A DNA stretch of 64,000 bases from assembly GCF_006345805.1 (NCBI RefSeq), contig NC_043022.1, forward strand, positions 17,298,001 through 17,362,000, given 5' to 3'. The notes beneath the pieces were generated by a model that saw only the letters and a list, made by a program, of their open reading frames with translations, searched no databases and was not told the origin of the DNA. A program made the translations under genes and the position numbers. Positions 17,101 through 29,600 of this stretch are shown here, piece by piece; the first letter of the stretch is position 1; each line of letters opens with the position of its first letter. This DNA is from Octopus sinensis (taxonomy: Eukaryota).

Positions 17101-18063
17101 CGCACACATACACACCATACGAGCACACCTCGCACACACACCATACATGCACGCTACACACACACACACAAACACCATACACGCACACCACACAGACACA
17201 CACACCCACCATACACATACACCACATAAACGCACACCGTACACGCACACCTCACACTCACATACACACCATACATGCACACACACACACCATACACGCA
17301 TACCACACACACACACCATACACGCACAAACACACCGTACACTCACACCACGCCCACCATACACGCTTACCACACACACACACCATACACGCTTACCACA
17401 CACACACACACCATACACGCACTCCACACACTTACACCACATACACACCTTACACGCACACCACACACACACACACCATACACGACACCACACACCATAC
17501 ATTCACACCACACACACACCATACGCCATACACACACACCATACACGCACACCACACACACATTATACATACACACACACACACCATGCACGCACACCAC
17601 ACACACATTATACATACACACACACCACACACACACCATACACGCACACCACACACACACACACACCATACACACACACCACACACACACACCATACACG
17701 CAAACCACACACACATTATACATACACACACACACCATGCACGCACACCAGACACACATTATACATACACGCACACCACACACACACACCATACACGCAC
17801 ACCACACACACACACCATACACGCACACCACACACACACCATACACGCACACCACACACACACACACCATACACACACACCATACACGCACACCACACAC
17901 ACACACCATACACGCACACCACACACACACCATACACGCACACCACACACACCATACACCCACACACCATACACGCACACCACACACACCATACACCACA
18001 CCACACACCATACACGCACACCACACACACACACAATACGCGCACACACACACACACACCATA
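8136..18063. repeat. ~9.9-kb CA-derived minisatellite (core CACACCATACACGCAC) with ~1.5-kb higher-order repeats
   Basis: Hundreds of ~16-24 nt CA/CATA/CG units. Diagnostic variants recur about every 1.5 kb: CATACCACTCAC near 11391, 12891, 14488; CACAAATACAC near 11692, 13194, 14789. Confidence 0.97.
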
Positions 18064-19260
18064 CAACCCGAAATACTGCAATGCTCTCCCCCCCCCCCCC
18101 CCCGGCGGAGCATCCGGCATTTACCAAGAGACTCAAACGATGCGGAACCGACACAGTTTGGCCAACAGAAACCGCAACGGTGGTTGTATAAATGTTGGAT
18201 CTGCTCTGGACTCTCCAAGCCCTCCTACCTGGGTTCAAATCCCTACGCAGGAAACCACGAACTCCACAAAACAACGGCCTCCGTATCACAGCAGATCGTG
18301 CAGAGACCGTCCCCCCCCCGTTCCCAACTGGACACAACGAGACGGAAATAAGCTCAACTGAAACAGAACCGGGTGTGGGATGGGTTGAGGTGGTTGTCCC
18401 AACAGAATTCAAATCCATTCGTGGTCCTTGTTACTATATGAAAAACTTGTTCAAACACTCGGGATCAATTGCTACAACAGCCACCCCGCTCTCCACCCAG
18501 ACAAATTATAAGCATTTCTACCCACTGAAATAGTTGTGACACCCCTGGAACCAAACGCGGTGCAACGAGGCACACAACTGGCTACAAAATGCAGAGAAAC
18601 AGCAAATGTTGTCTTGTATCAGACTTCACCGTATCCATTCCTACACTGGCCACCACCACGATATACGGTTATATATGCTTGAATGTACGGGTATATTTGT
18701 CTTTTATCTGATTCAGTCATTAAATTGCGGCCATGCTGGGGCACTGCCCTGAAGAATTTTTTGTCGAATGAATCGACCCCACTCCTCGCACACATATACA
18801 CGACGGGCTTCTTTCAGTTTCCGTCTGCGAAATCCACGCACAAGGCTTTGGCCGGCCCGAGGCTATAGAATAACAGAAGTGGGTGTCACGGCTGGAATCT
18901 TATTTGATTATAGATCTGATCACTCAGGGTTTTACTTCGGTTAAACAATATCCGTCTGTTTTCTCGTAAATTCTTCTCTAGAACAGCTGATGCCGCCATT
19001 GCTCGTACCACTGCGACAATGACGAGCGCGCACGCGCATTTGTGTGTGTGTTATTAAAAGCGTTGAACGTGCGAGAGAGGCGCCGACCCGTCACGCCTGA
19101 TTTGCTGACAACAACTGAAGACGGTGTTGCTGCTTTAGTCGCAATGGCTTCCCGTTTGTTGACTGCGATCTCTCTCTCGCCTCCCCCTAGCACCCCACCC
19201 TCACATAATTACATACAAAAAAGCATACACACACGCATATATGCGCGCGAATATTATTCA

Positions 19261-19299
<39 letters not shown>

Positions 19300-19546
19300 C
19301 ATACATACATGTTTGTATATGTGCATCTGGTGTGTGTACTATTTCTTTCTCTCTTTTCAGTTGGCCGAAAGAAGTAGCAAAGAAACTCTCGGCCCCTGAG
19401 TCACTTTTGTAAATTTCTGCCGATTAAAGTGCGTGTGCGCGTGTGTAATGCATACATTAATATATGTATGTGTGAGTGTTAAATAAAATGAGACAACAAA
19501 GCGAAGGCTGTGTGGAATATTCGGGACACTTATAAAGAGAAAGTTA

Positions 19547-19594
19547 GTCTTACAGTTGTTTCTGGTATATTAGGGATATCACTTCATCAGAGAC
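19547..19594 (-). ncRNA. Minimal hammerhead motif (core intact, stem II degenerate)
   Basis: GUCU-CUGAUGA-AGUGAUAU(cccua)AUAUACCA-GAAAC-AACU-GU-A-AGAC; stem I GUCU/AGAC; GUA cleavage triplet. Confidence 0.65.
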
Positions 19595-19610
19595 GATGTG
19601 AGAGGATTTC

Positions 19611-19658
19611 GTCTCTGATCCTGGGATATCCTTAATATCCCAGAAACAGCTGTAAGAC
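19611..19658 (+). ncRNA. Minimal hammerhead motif (stems intact, core mutated to CUGAUCC)
   Basis: GTCT-CTGATCC-TGGGATAT(cctta)ATATCCCA-GAAAC-AGCT-GT-A-AGAC; palindromic stem III ACAGCTGT. Confidence 0.6.
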
Positions 19659-22264
19659 TAACTTTCTCTTTATAAGTGTCCCGAAAATTCCACACAGCCT
19701 TGGCTTTCTTGCCTCAAGACCTGCATGAGACTCCTCGCTCGTATTATTATGGAACCGATATCATTTATATAGTCTTAGCTGCCATTTTGGGTCTTCTGAA
19801 TACCAATACCTCTCATATATATATAATTTCTTTATTGGCCACAGAGGGGATACACACATGCACACACACAGTGTGTCCGGGCTAAATTAGTCGATTTTCT
19901 TTTGTCTCCTTTCAAGAATAGCTGAGTGTATTGGTAAAGTCAACGGCGTTGGAGAGCATAAAGATTAAAGTTGTAACTGAGAAGAACTTAGCTGACCTGA
20001 AAGGATTGGAACCCGTCTGAATATTGTGAGGGAGTTACTTGTATCACGATGATTGGTGGCGAGTGTCAAACTACCGACATTCATGACTGCTGCTCATTGC
20101 ACTCTGCGAACTCAAGACGTGACATGGACAGCTGCAACAGAGACTTGGAAGCCGGCCGTGGCCAGCAAGAAGGGACACAGCAGGCGTTCCGATTGTGTCG
20201 GTATGGCTGGAATTCATCCAACAACCCCTTTAGGTTATATTCAAACGGCTGTGTGAAGCTGCTGCCAGGCCATGTTCTGTGACAGTAGGATTTGACTCTT
20301 GGCCATACACACGCGGAAAGAGTTTGAAATGGTTTTCAGAGAATTTCTGCGGCTGCTTCCCCGGCTCCGGTTGTAATCCCCATGTGTGGGATGCGGTTGA
20401 CATAGACTCCATCGGCCCTACCTGCAACACCAAGGCTGAACCTGTGGCCAAGATCGGGGAAGTGATCGAAGATCTTCCTAAGGGATACAGTGGCAAATGC
20501 ATGCGCCAGGTTCTGGAAGCCGTGGGCGGTCGGGTTGACCAAACTGTTATCTCCTCCTGCCAACCTCGTCCAGTTGAGATTCTTTGCTTTCTTAAAATGA
20601 TTTTACTTTTGTATGGGACATTTTGTTTTCCTTTTATGCAAACTGTCAAATTTTGCTTCAACACTGTACACACACACACGTGTTTATGTGTGTATGTATG
20701 TACGAATGTATGTATATATGTGTATGTATGCTCGTATATATGCACGTGTGTATGTATGCACGTATGTACGACGTGAAGAAACGGATGTCCGCTGAGCCCA
20801 GTAGATCTGAAGAGATGTGAACAAGTGAAACATCCCATTTTTGATGATTTGTGAGAGTTTCAGCCCAGTCAGGATCCGAAGGATACAAGCTCTACTGGCA
20901 ACGAGGCTGGCCTTCTTCGTGTCAGGTGGGGAGCGAGAGAGAGAGAAAGGAGTTTCAAGATGGCTTAGCTGCTACACCAAGTTTCACATGAGGATCTAAA
21001 ACGATTTAGAACGCGATTACAAGTCCAAAGAGACGATTTGTGGACACATTCCGGCCATCTCTACGGTTTTTCTGAAACGCTTGGCCCACTGTTGTGGGGG
21101 GTTGAATCCCGGGCCATGCGGGACGGAATATTTGGGTAACCTTTATACGTTGATAAACGGTGAAACCCTACTCAACTACACCGAAGACTAGCAGGACGAG
21201 ACTTCGAACTCACTGTCACCACTCTTCTGGCATATATATAACTTGGATTAGCTTTTATAAATGCACAGGGTTTGTGTGAGTGTCGGAATGTAGGAAATGA
21301 AACCCGAACACGACAAGTACCGCAGTACTCTGATTAAAGCAAAGGTCATACTAGAGTGGTATGTGGTCGAGGTGGTAACGGATGACCTGGGGCTGAACAA
21401 CCAAATCCACAACCACGTAACTCCCTCACCAAACCACCGCCACCACCACCACCACGCCGCCGCCGCCATTATAACTTAGTCCTTTACAGTAATTATAGCC
21501 ACAACGTTACAACAACAAAGCGAACAACGATTACGTTGCCTCCGCCGCCGCCACTCATGTAAAAAGCTGAACAAATCCAGTTTAAGTGACTCTGTTTCTC
21601 CTCCCATCTTTCAATTCAACCACGCCCTTCCTTCACGGCCTCTTTTTATGCGACTCCATTGCTTTTTCTAATTCAATTGTATCGCATCACTGACGCCACG
21701 ACTCCTGCTGCCGCTGCTACTACTGCTACTTCTCATCTTTCTACTATTACTACGAATGGGGTTGCTAGGGATGGGGCTGGTTGGCCGAATCGTTAGAGCA
21801 TCGGGCAAAATACCTTGCGCCTTTATTTCCGGCTTTGTATGTTCTCGGTTCAAATCCAAACGAGGTCAATTTTTACTGGTGTGTTTTTTTATTCCCCCAG
21901 ATCGATAAATTTAAGTAGCGGCCATACACGAAGCGGAGGGATCAAAGTAATCGATATAATTTCCTTAGATCCCTAAATTTTTACGTCTTGTATCTGTGTC
22001 TCTCAGCCCTCAATAATGAACAGGACTTTGAAGAAATAAATGGAACGTCATCGAAATAGTTTTAGGGTTGGTGGAAGAAGGTGACCCGTTCGCGACATCA
22101 ATGGTGTGTGTGTGTGTTGAGCGTACAAACAGATGTGTAATTGCTACTGTTATGTTAAGAGCTCCACGTAGGTCATCATCGTCCAGCCTGCTTCCGGTTT
22201 AGTGGTTTAGTTATTCGTGAATTTAGAAGTTTCACTCGTAAGGAAATATATAGAACAAGCAAGT

Positions 22265-22682
22265 ATAGGTGTGGTAAGAAGCTTGCTTCCCAACCACATG
22301 GTTCAAGGTTCAGTCTCACTGTGTGGTACCTTGGGCAAGTGTCTTCTAGTATAGTATAGCCTCGGGCCGACCGAAACCCCGTGAGTGGATTTGGCAGACG
22401 GAAACCGTAAGAAGCCCGTCGTATATATATAAAGGAATACCCCAAAATGGGGCAAGAACGCAAGCCCGACCTTTCTTGGTTCGACTACCATCCATGCAAC
22501 ATCTATATTCCTCCCCATGCCTGTGATCTCTTATGTCCCTGCCGTAACCTAGAGTTCGGCAAAGGAGACCGATAGAATAAAATACTAGGCTTACGAAGAA
22601 TAAGTCCTGGGATCGATTCCTTCGACTAAAGGTGGTGCTCCAGCATGACCACAGTCAAATGACTGAAACAAGTAAAAGAATA
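22265..22682 (+). mobile_element. tRNA-derived SINE family B (CORE-like)
   Basis: GTGTGGTAAGAAGCTTGCTTCCCAACCACATGGTTC..GGTTCAGTC, ACCTTGGGCAAGTGTCTTCT, tail CAGCATGRCC..AGTC..ATGACTGAAAC. Confidence 0.85.
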
Positions 22683-22851
22683 CAAATCAGGACAATTTCA
22701 TATTATTAGTTCCCATCCACGTTTCCGCCTTCTGCACGTCTGGAACCCGACATTCACAATGGTTAAGCGTTCAAATCCCCAACGCCGAGTTCGAAACAGC
22801 TACCGGGGGATTCATGGGGAAATCTCTCTTTCATGCACACACATATAACAT

Positions 22852-23037
22852 TCTTTTCTATTCTAGGCCCAAGGCCCGAAATTTTTGGAGAGGGGGCTAG
22901 TCGATTATATCGACCCCAGTTCGCAACTGGTACTTATCAACCACGAAAGTCGACCTCGGCGGAATTTGAACCCATAACGTGACGGCAGACGAAATACGGC
23001 TCCGCATTTCGCCCGGCGTGCTAACGTTTCTGCCGCC
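22852..23037 (-). mobile_element. SINE family A
   Basis: GTCGACCTCGGCGGAATTTGAAC...GCATTTCGCCCGGCGTGCTAACG. Confidence 0.85.
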
Positions 23038-23228
23038 TTTATTATAATAATGACAATAATGGACGGAAGTTAGTGACTCAAGAACCGATAGTTTCGTGCG
23101 TTGGCACTTATCAAATCTACGTGTGTATGTGTGTGTACATTCACATATATCTTCATACGTGTGTGTGTGTGTGTGTGTTGTGTGTGTGTGTGTATTTATA
23201 TATATACGTAAATATATAAAACTACATG

Positions 23229-23264
<36 letters not shown>

Positions 23265-23312
23265 TTCGATAAATAATCGCACACTTACATACTCGTGTGT
23301 GTGTGTCTGTAT

Positions 23313-23343
<31 letters not shown>

Positions 23344-23759
23344 CGCGCCCTGTTCTTTATGCTAAAATGTTTTCGTTAAACACATTGTTGTCTAATCGAC
23401 ATTATATTAGCTTCTTTTAAACATTTCTTCTCCTTGAATTCCCCCCCCCTCGTCTCTCCGTAATCGCCCCTCACTCCTCATCTTCACCACCACCACCATC
23501 GCCACCATTCTTAATGTTGTTTCTCTTCTTTTAACCAATTTGTAAAGCCACCATCGCCACCGCCGCGCTTCCCTCGCCCACCCCTCCTCACCCGATTCAT
23601 CTCGGTAGCGTCACCTTTTTATTATTATTATTATTGACAATGTAGCGTTTTCTTAACATCGACCACTCAGCTAGAAAGAGGGAGTGGTACCTCTTCATAT
23701 CGATTGTGTGTAACTGTTTTATAGCTGGTACCACCACCACCACCATCACCACCACACTG

Positions 23760-23791
<32 letters not shown>

Positions 23792-23891
23792 AGACATTCA
23801 GACGAACACACACACGGAATGGCAGGCAAACACAAATACATACGCGCACACACAATTCGGGTGTCGTGTGTAATGAATCTTTACGTCTATG

Positions 23892-23927
<36 letters not shown>

Positions 23928-24664
23928 TCACACACACACGTGTGTGCGTGTACATATATAAATACATATGTATTTACATATATACGTTTGTGTGTGTGTG
24001 TGTGTGTATATATATATACACACATATACATCTATTGATTTAAACATACGCATACATACATACATATATATACACACAGATAGGTAATTGCATTAATAAG
24101 CAGCAACGTGTGTGTGTGTGTGTTTGAGAAGCAGAAGTGAGCGTAGTGTGTTGCAAAGGTGTAAAGAGTAGATAGTAAAAATAAATGAATGAACGCGTCT
24201 GATGGCGAAAAGGGGGTGAGGGGGTGAGGGTCATTAGGGGATATAAGCCATAAATAGGTTGTTGTTGTTTTAAAAAATTTCTTATTTATTTTTTATTTGA
24301 TTTTCATTGTTTCTGTTTTTTTATTTACTTTTTGCAGGATGCTCATCAAAGCGAGATGACGAAATCGCGTACGACAGGTCGGCGAAGATGAAAGGGCGCG
24401 TGTTGCCTGTGACAATAGGTCGAGCGGAGGTTCTGAGCCCTCACTGGCTCCAGTATGAGGGGCTGCGCACTGTTACTGCACAGACAGGGGTGGTTATGGT
24501 GGCGGCGAGGTATAAAGATTAGAGGGAGGGGGAAAGGTGGGGTGTGAGACAGACTGGCAACGAAGGGAGAGTTTAGTGTCTGATCAGGAGGATTTGACGG
24601 AGGAAAAGAGATTTACAGAGGAACTGTGATACGTTTAGCTTTCTGTCTCGTCTGTCTCCACAGA

Positions 24665-25185
24665 ATATGTGGTCCTGCTGCGTGGCCCCTTGGATAAGGG
24701 TCTTCTACTCTAACCCCGGACCGAGTGTATTTGGTAGACGGAAACAGAAAGAAGCCCGTCGTGTACATCTATGTGTGTTTTGTGTGTGTTTCTTCCCCCT
24801 ATCACTGCTTCACAACTGATGTTGGTGTGGTTACATCCCTGTAACGTAGCGGTTCGGCAAAAGAGACCGATAGAATAATAGTAGGGGTCTTCTACTTTAA
24901 CCCTGGACCGAGTGTATTTGGTAGACGGAAACAGAAAGAAGCCCGTCGTGTACATCTATGTGTGTTTTGTGTGTGTTTCTTCCCCCTATCACTGCTTCAC
25001 AACTGATGTTGGTGTGGTTACATCCCTGTAACGTAGCGGTTCGGCAAAAAGACCGATAGAATAATAGTAGGCTTTAAAAAGTAAGTTCTGGGGTCGATTT
25101 GTTCAACTAAAAAAAAAACTTTACAAGGCAGTGCTCCAGCATGGCCGCAGTCGAATGACTGAAACGAGGGAAAGAGGAAAGAATA
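24665..25185 (+). mobile_element. SINE family B with ~187-bp internal tandem duplication
   Basis: 24698-24884 is repeated at 24885-25071. Confidence 0.85.
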
Positions 25186-25269
25186 AGAAAAATATATGTA
25201 TACAGGTGTATGTGTGTGTGTGTGTGTGTGTGTATAGAGAGAGAGAAAAGCAAATGTTGGGGATAATCA

Positions 25270-26310
25270 AATTAAACAGATCAATATGTCGTTGTAGATG
25301 CATTCAAAAGGGGTCTGTATTTTGTAATAAAGAGTCTCTATACTAATTCGTTGGTTACAGGTTGTATCATCCCTGAATTGGTAGAGGGGAAAAATTCGGA
25401 AGCTTAGATTTTTGTTATTGGCACAAATGTCAAATGTGTTGGCTGAATGCCATTTTTCTGTTTTGGGGGATTTTGATCTAGGATCTGTGCAGAGCCATTC
25501 TTTTACGTAGACCATTTTTTGTTTGGCCTATGTATTGATCTTGACACCCAGAGCAGGTTAGTGCATATATCAGGTTCTCCGAAGCACATGTGAAGTTGCT
25601 TTTCACTGTGAAACGTCCCTGTTTGAAGGAGAACTCTGATCCCTCAATTAAATTGACTCATATTCCACAGTTGAGTCTTCTGCAATTTTTTTACTGACGG
25701 CTTCTGTGTTGTTGTTGAGCATATTCGAGAATAGGGTTCTCTTGGGCTTTTTTTGATTAAGTTCATTCTGTGGTCCTTTTTTAGCAGGGGAATGTATTGA
25801 AGGATGGTGTTGAAGGTTCCATTGTTAAGAGGGTTGCTGTGGAGATGTGTGGTAGGGCTTTTGATTGTAAATCCTTTAATTTGGGATGTTTGAGTTCCTG
25901 GATGTTGAGTAGAAGGGCACGTTGAAAGCATATGTCAATTAGTGAAGGTGGGTAGTTCCTGGTGATGAGTGTATCCTTTAGCTCATGTAGTCGTGTGTCT
26001 CTGGGGTTTGCATCAGAAACACATATCCTTTTTGCTAGGTTGAAGGGGATATTCATTCTGGTGTGTCTGGGGTGGCAGGAGTTGAACAGTAGATATTGCT
26101 TGGAGTTTGTGGGCTTATAGTATATGTCTGTTATGTTTCTTGATGAGGATGTCGAGGAAGGGAAGTTGTTGATGGCTACATTCCATCATGAATTGAATGG
26201 TTACATCAAGTCCGTTTCTGAGTACTTGGAATTCTTTCAGTTCCTCTATATCTTCATGCCAAAGAATGAAATGGTCATCCAGGTATCTCTTCCAGTTACT
26301 TTCTATGACC
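25270..26310 (-). mobile_element. Decayed Penelope-like element (Neptune-like): RT C-terminus, Cys linker, GIY-YIG
   Basis: KRYLDDHFILW...LPFLDILI...YYKPTNSKQYLLFNSCHPRHTRMNIPFNLAKRIC...RNYP; CRRLNCGI*; FTCASENLIYALTCSGCQDQYIGQTK. Contains stops and frameshifts. Confidence 0.9.
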
Positions 26311-26585
26311 ATTTGACATACGACTATCATGGCACTCTCGCATTCTTCTTCTTCTTCCCTACCAAGAATTCACAACGACCTCGAACCCACAAGAGAGACA
26401 GAGACAGGCAGAAACAAGGTAAATGACCCTTGTGTTTGAATACTATGCAAATATTCTTTTAATAAAACTTATCTTTTAATTCTTTTCCATACTAACAACA
26501 ATTGAAAAAGTCTCAATGACTGAAATCGATACTGAAATGGTTTTTATACAATTATTTTAGCATTTTCTACCTTGACTTTTTTTTC

Positions 26586-26639
<54 letters not shown>

Positions 26640-28199
26640 TGATTGTGCTTCCTTGTTGTCAGTGGTGTTTCTGGTTTCCCATTTATGGCCTCTCAGGGTC
26701 ATGCTTCAAACCATGAAGATCTGCAACGGGACTGAACCTTCCCCCACCCCAAACCCAAGTTGAAGCAAAGGTGACAGATGCTCCATTTCCAAACAGTTAG
26801 GTCTGCACATCTCGCTGCTTTTCCATCACCACGGGACTTTGAGTAGATGGAATGACTAAGGAGGTTGTCCTAAAGTCACACTTGTGTAATGGGAGAGAGA
26901 GATAAACCCATGTGCAACAGGGGGAGCTCTCTCTGAACCCCCTTGTCAAGTAGCTTGTGTCTGGCCAAAGCGAGATGACCAGGAATCACGTGAAAGCTCA
27001 GCTTTTACACCAGACTGTCTGTATGTATCTATAAATACGAGGGTGGGTACCCAAAAGTAATGTACAAATCTGTAATTAAATTACTGAGCATTAATTGAAA
27101 TGGCCAATTTGTTAATAATAAATAATTATTAATTTCCTACTCTCCATTTTCTTTTCTCCATTTAACTATATACGTGTGTGCATGTGAGTGTGTGTGTATC
27201 ACATACACACATATACATATGTATGTAGATATATATCTACATATACACACACAGGCACACATTTATGGAGAGCATGTCTGAGAAAGAAAAGGAAAGCAAA
27301 AAACTGTTCTTAAGAAACACCTGTCGAGTTATATAACACGCCCTACATTTTTTCTCTTGTCTCTTGCTCTACTTGTGTTCAATATTTATCGGTGATTGAC
27401 ATCACACACACACACACCACACGCACACGCACACACGCACCCATCGTTAAACTCTGTTTACAGCCATTGATTTTAGTTTCGATGTGGACGACTGGTGCTG
27501 CTGTTTGTTGAATATGAAAACTTTGTGTCTGTGCAAATAGACAAATAGTTACTCAACATTATCATCATCATCGTTTTGATGTCCACTCTTCCACAGGGAT
27601 GGTCATGAAGGACACCACAGGCAGGAGGGTGACACTCGTTTACAACTGACAGGTGAAGTCACAGCAAAGAGGCATGCACACACACACACACACACCACAC
27701 GATAGTGGGACTGAACCCAGAACCTTGTGGTTAGGAAGCAAACGTCTTACCACGCAGCCATGCCTGCGCCTATCACAGATGGAAAAAAGCATAGCCCCCA
27801 CTCCCAGATGAAAAAACTACGATTTTGTTTTTGTGGTCATTCACACTGCTAGACATAACAATCAAATCAGCCTCTAATGTCTTAAATAATGAGGACCTGT
27901 GTTGCAACTTTCCCAGTTCTGTGTATCTCTGGGGCCATCAGGGGAATTTGAACCCACATCTCTCAGTTACTGAGATATATCGATCAAAACGGTGGTGGAG
28001 GGTGGGGTCTTTATGTGGTCATTCAGTAGTCTCAAAACAACTGTCACATCTCTCTCTCTCTCTCTCTCTCTTCTTACTAAAATGGGACAAAGTGTGACAG
28101 AGTTGCTATAGTCTTAGACTACACCACAGAGACGTGTTGGTCACAGTTTTGATTCTGTAGCTGGTCAATAAAGGTTCCCTGGGGCCAAACAATATCTAT

Positions 28200-28520
28200 G
28201 ACAACACACACACATACATACATACATATACATAGACACACACGCACATGCATACCTGTATACATGCATACATGCACACATTCATACATGCACACACACA
28301 CACATACTCACATACACTAACATACCTACATATACACACACGCACATATACATACACACACACATGCACACACATACACGCACACACACACATACATACA
28401 CACATACATATACACACACATATATATACATATACACATACGTACACACACACGTACAAATACGCATGCACACACACACACACACACATATATATATACA
28501 CACATAGATATATACTGTAT
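28200..28520. repeat. CA/TA compound microsatellite
   Basis: Direct reading. Similar tracts: 50733-50955 (TG), 40070-40187 (CA), 36344-36416 (CT), 37118-37180 (TA), 59685-59766 (GA/GT), 55058-55180 (GA), 44075-44240 (GAT/GGT), 61618-61672 (CTA/CTG). Confidence 0.95.
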
Positions 28521-28649
28521 CTTGAAATATTAGCATGAAATTTCATTAAAAAAAATTGCTCACAAAGATGTGTGTTTAAAATAGTATTTTGTATTAAAAA
28601 ATACCTGTAAATATATGAAAGATGATTGTTTAAAAGTTTGGTAATTAAT

Positions 28650-29600
28650 GCGTGTTATGATGGTTTCGTGAAAGTTTTGTCATTCTAATGGAATCCTTTG
28701 TTGAAAGACATTGATAGACTATACTTCCACTCGTCAGAGAAGATAAAGTTTTTATAATATCTGGAATGTTCTTTTAAAAATCAGAAAAATATATGGGGAA
28801 GTATTTTTGAAAAATAAATTAAAATTTACTGGTTTTGATTCAGGTAGGTAGACTTTGCTAAGAGAATTTTAAAGTTGTATATATATATATATATCTCGTT
28901 GGTAAGTTCATGTTGGTAATCCCTGAGAATTTTGTGTAAGCCATACCTTATCCTGCATTCCATGTTTGAGTTGGGCAAAAAAGATTTTGGTGATCAAAAT
29001 ATTGCTGTTATATTTTTTATTGTATAACTGGAAGATACCATTTAAAATTTTTTTTCTTTCTTTAATTACAACTGTAAAGGTGTATTTATTGTAGGATAGA
29101 TGTGTACAGGTTCAAATTCTAAGAAAACCAATTTATCAATTGTTTAACGTATAGTATATGTCGTGTAAATATCTCTATAATCAAAAATATTTTAATTACT
29201 TTATCGATTTATTTATAATTATTTCCTTATTTTGATATCTCTAAATGGTAAATAATAGACGCTAATGTCAATCTTTGTTGCATCTTTTATAATATTTCAA
29301 AGTTTTAGAGAATTTGTGTCTACATGTTGACAATTTATTAAGTTCTTTTGACTAAACAGTAGAATATAGAGGGACTCCTTTGTACAGAGACGGCAACTAT
29401 TAGACTTATGTGTGTAAGGTGAAGCAGAATCTATTATTGACCAATCTAATCTACAGGTAACTTGATTTTGGTTCAATTTGTTTATACAGGTAGCTAACGA
29501 AGTAGTATTACTAGTGATGTAAGGCTCAAAGTAATGCAGGTGTGCTGGAAAGCTTTGCTTAAAATTAACAAAACTCCCTGTGTATACCATATTACTTAAA
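28650..29600 (-). mobile_element. Decayed Penelope-like element 3' part: GIY-YIG C-terminal half + hammerhead-core relic
   Basis: VYTGSFVNFKQSFPAH...TTSLATCINKL...LDWSIIDSASPY...CRLCTKE...NLIN resembles the PLE endonuclease tail. Downstream on the same strand: CTGACGA-GTGGAAGT...ACTTTCAC-GAAAC (28737-28663). Confidence 0.7.

Larger units (their letters stand above)
19489..19716. mobile_element. 228-bp palindrome of two divergent hammerhead-bearing PLE-type ends
   Basis: Arms 19489-19596 and 19609-19716 are reverse complements with several mismatches; 12-nt spacer. Confidence 0.8.

Noticed and set aside
8113-18361. 3038-aa and 3249-aa His/Thr-rich ORFs and many Cys/Val ORFs
   Set aside because: They are translations of the CA satellite, which almost lacks stop triplets; several frames on both strands are open at once.
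26780-26880. HDV-like ribozyme on the minus strand (TTCCATC...TCCCGTGGT-GATGGAA)
   Set aside because: Only a P1-like 7-bp stem and an L3-like word are visible; P2, P1.1 and J4/2 could not be built.
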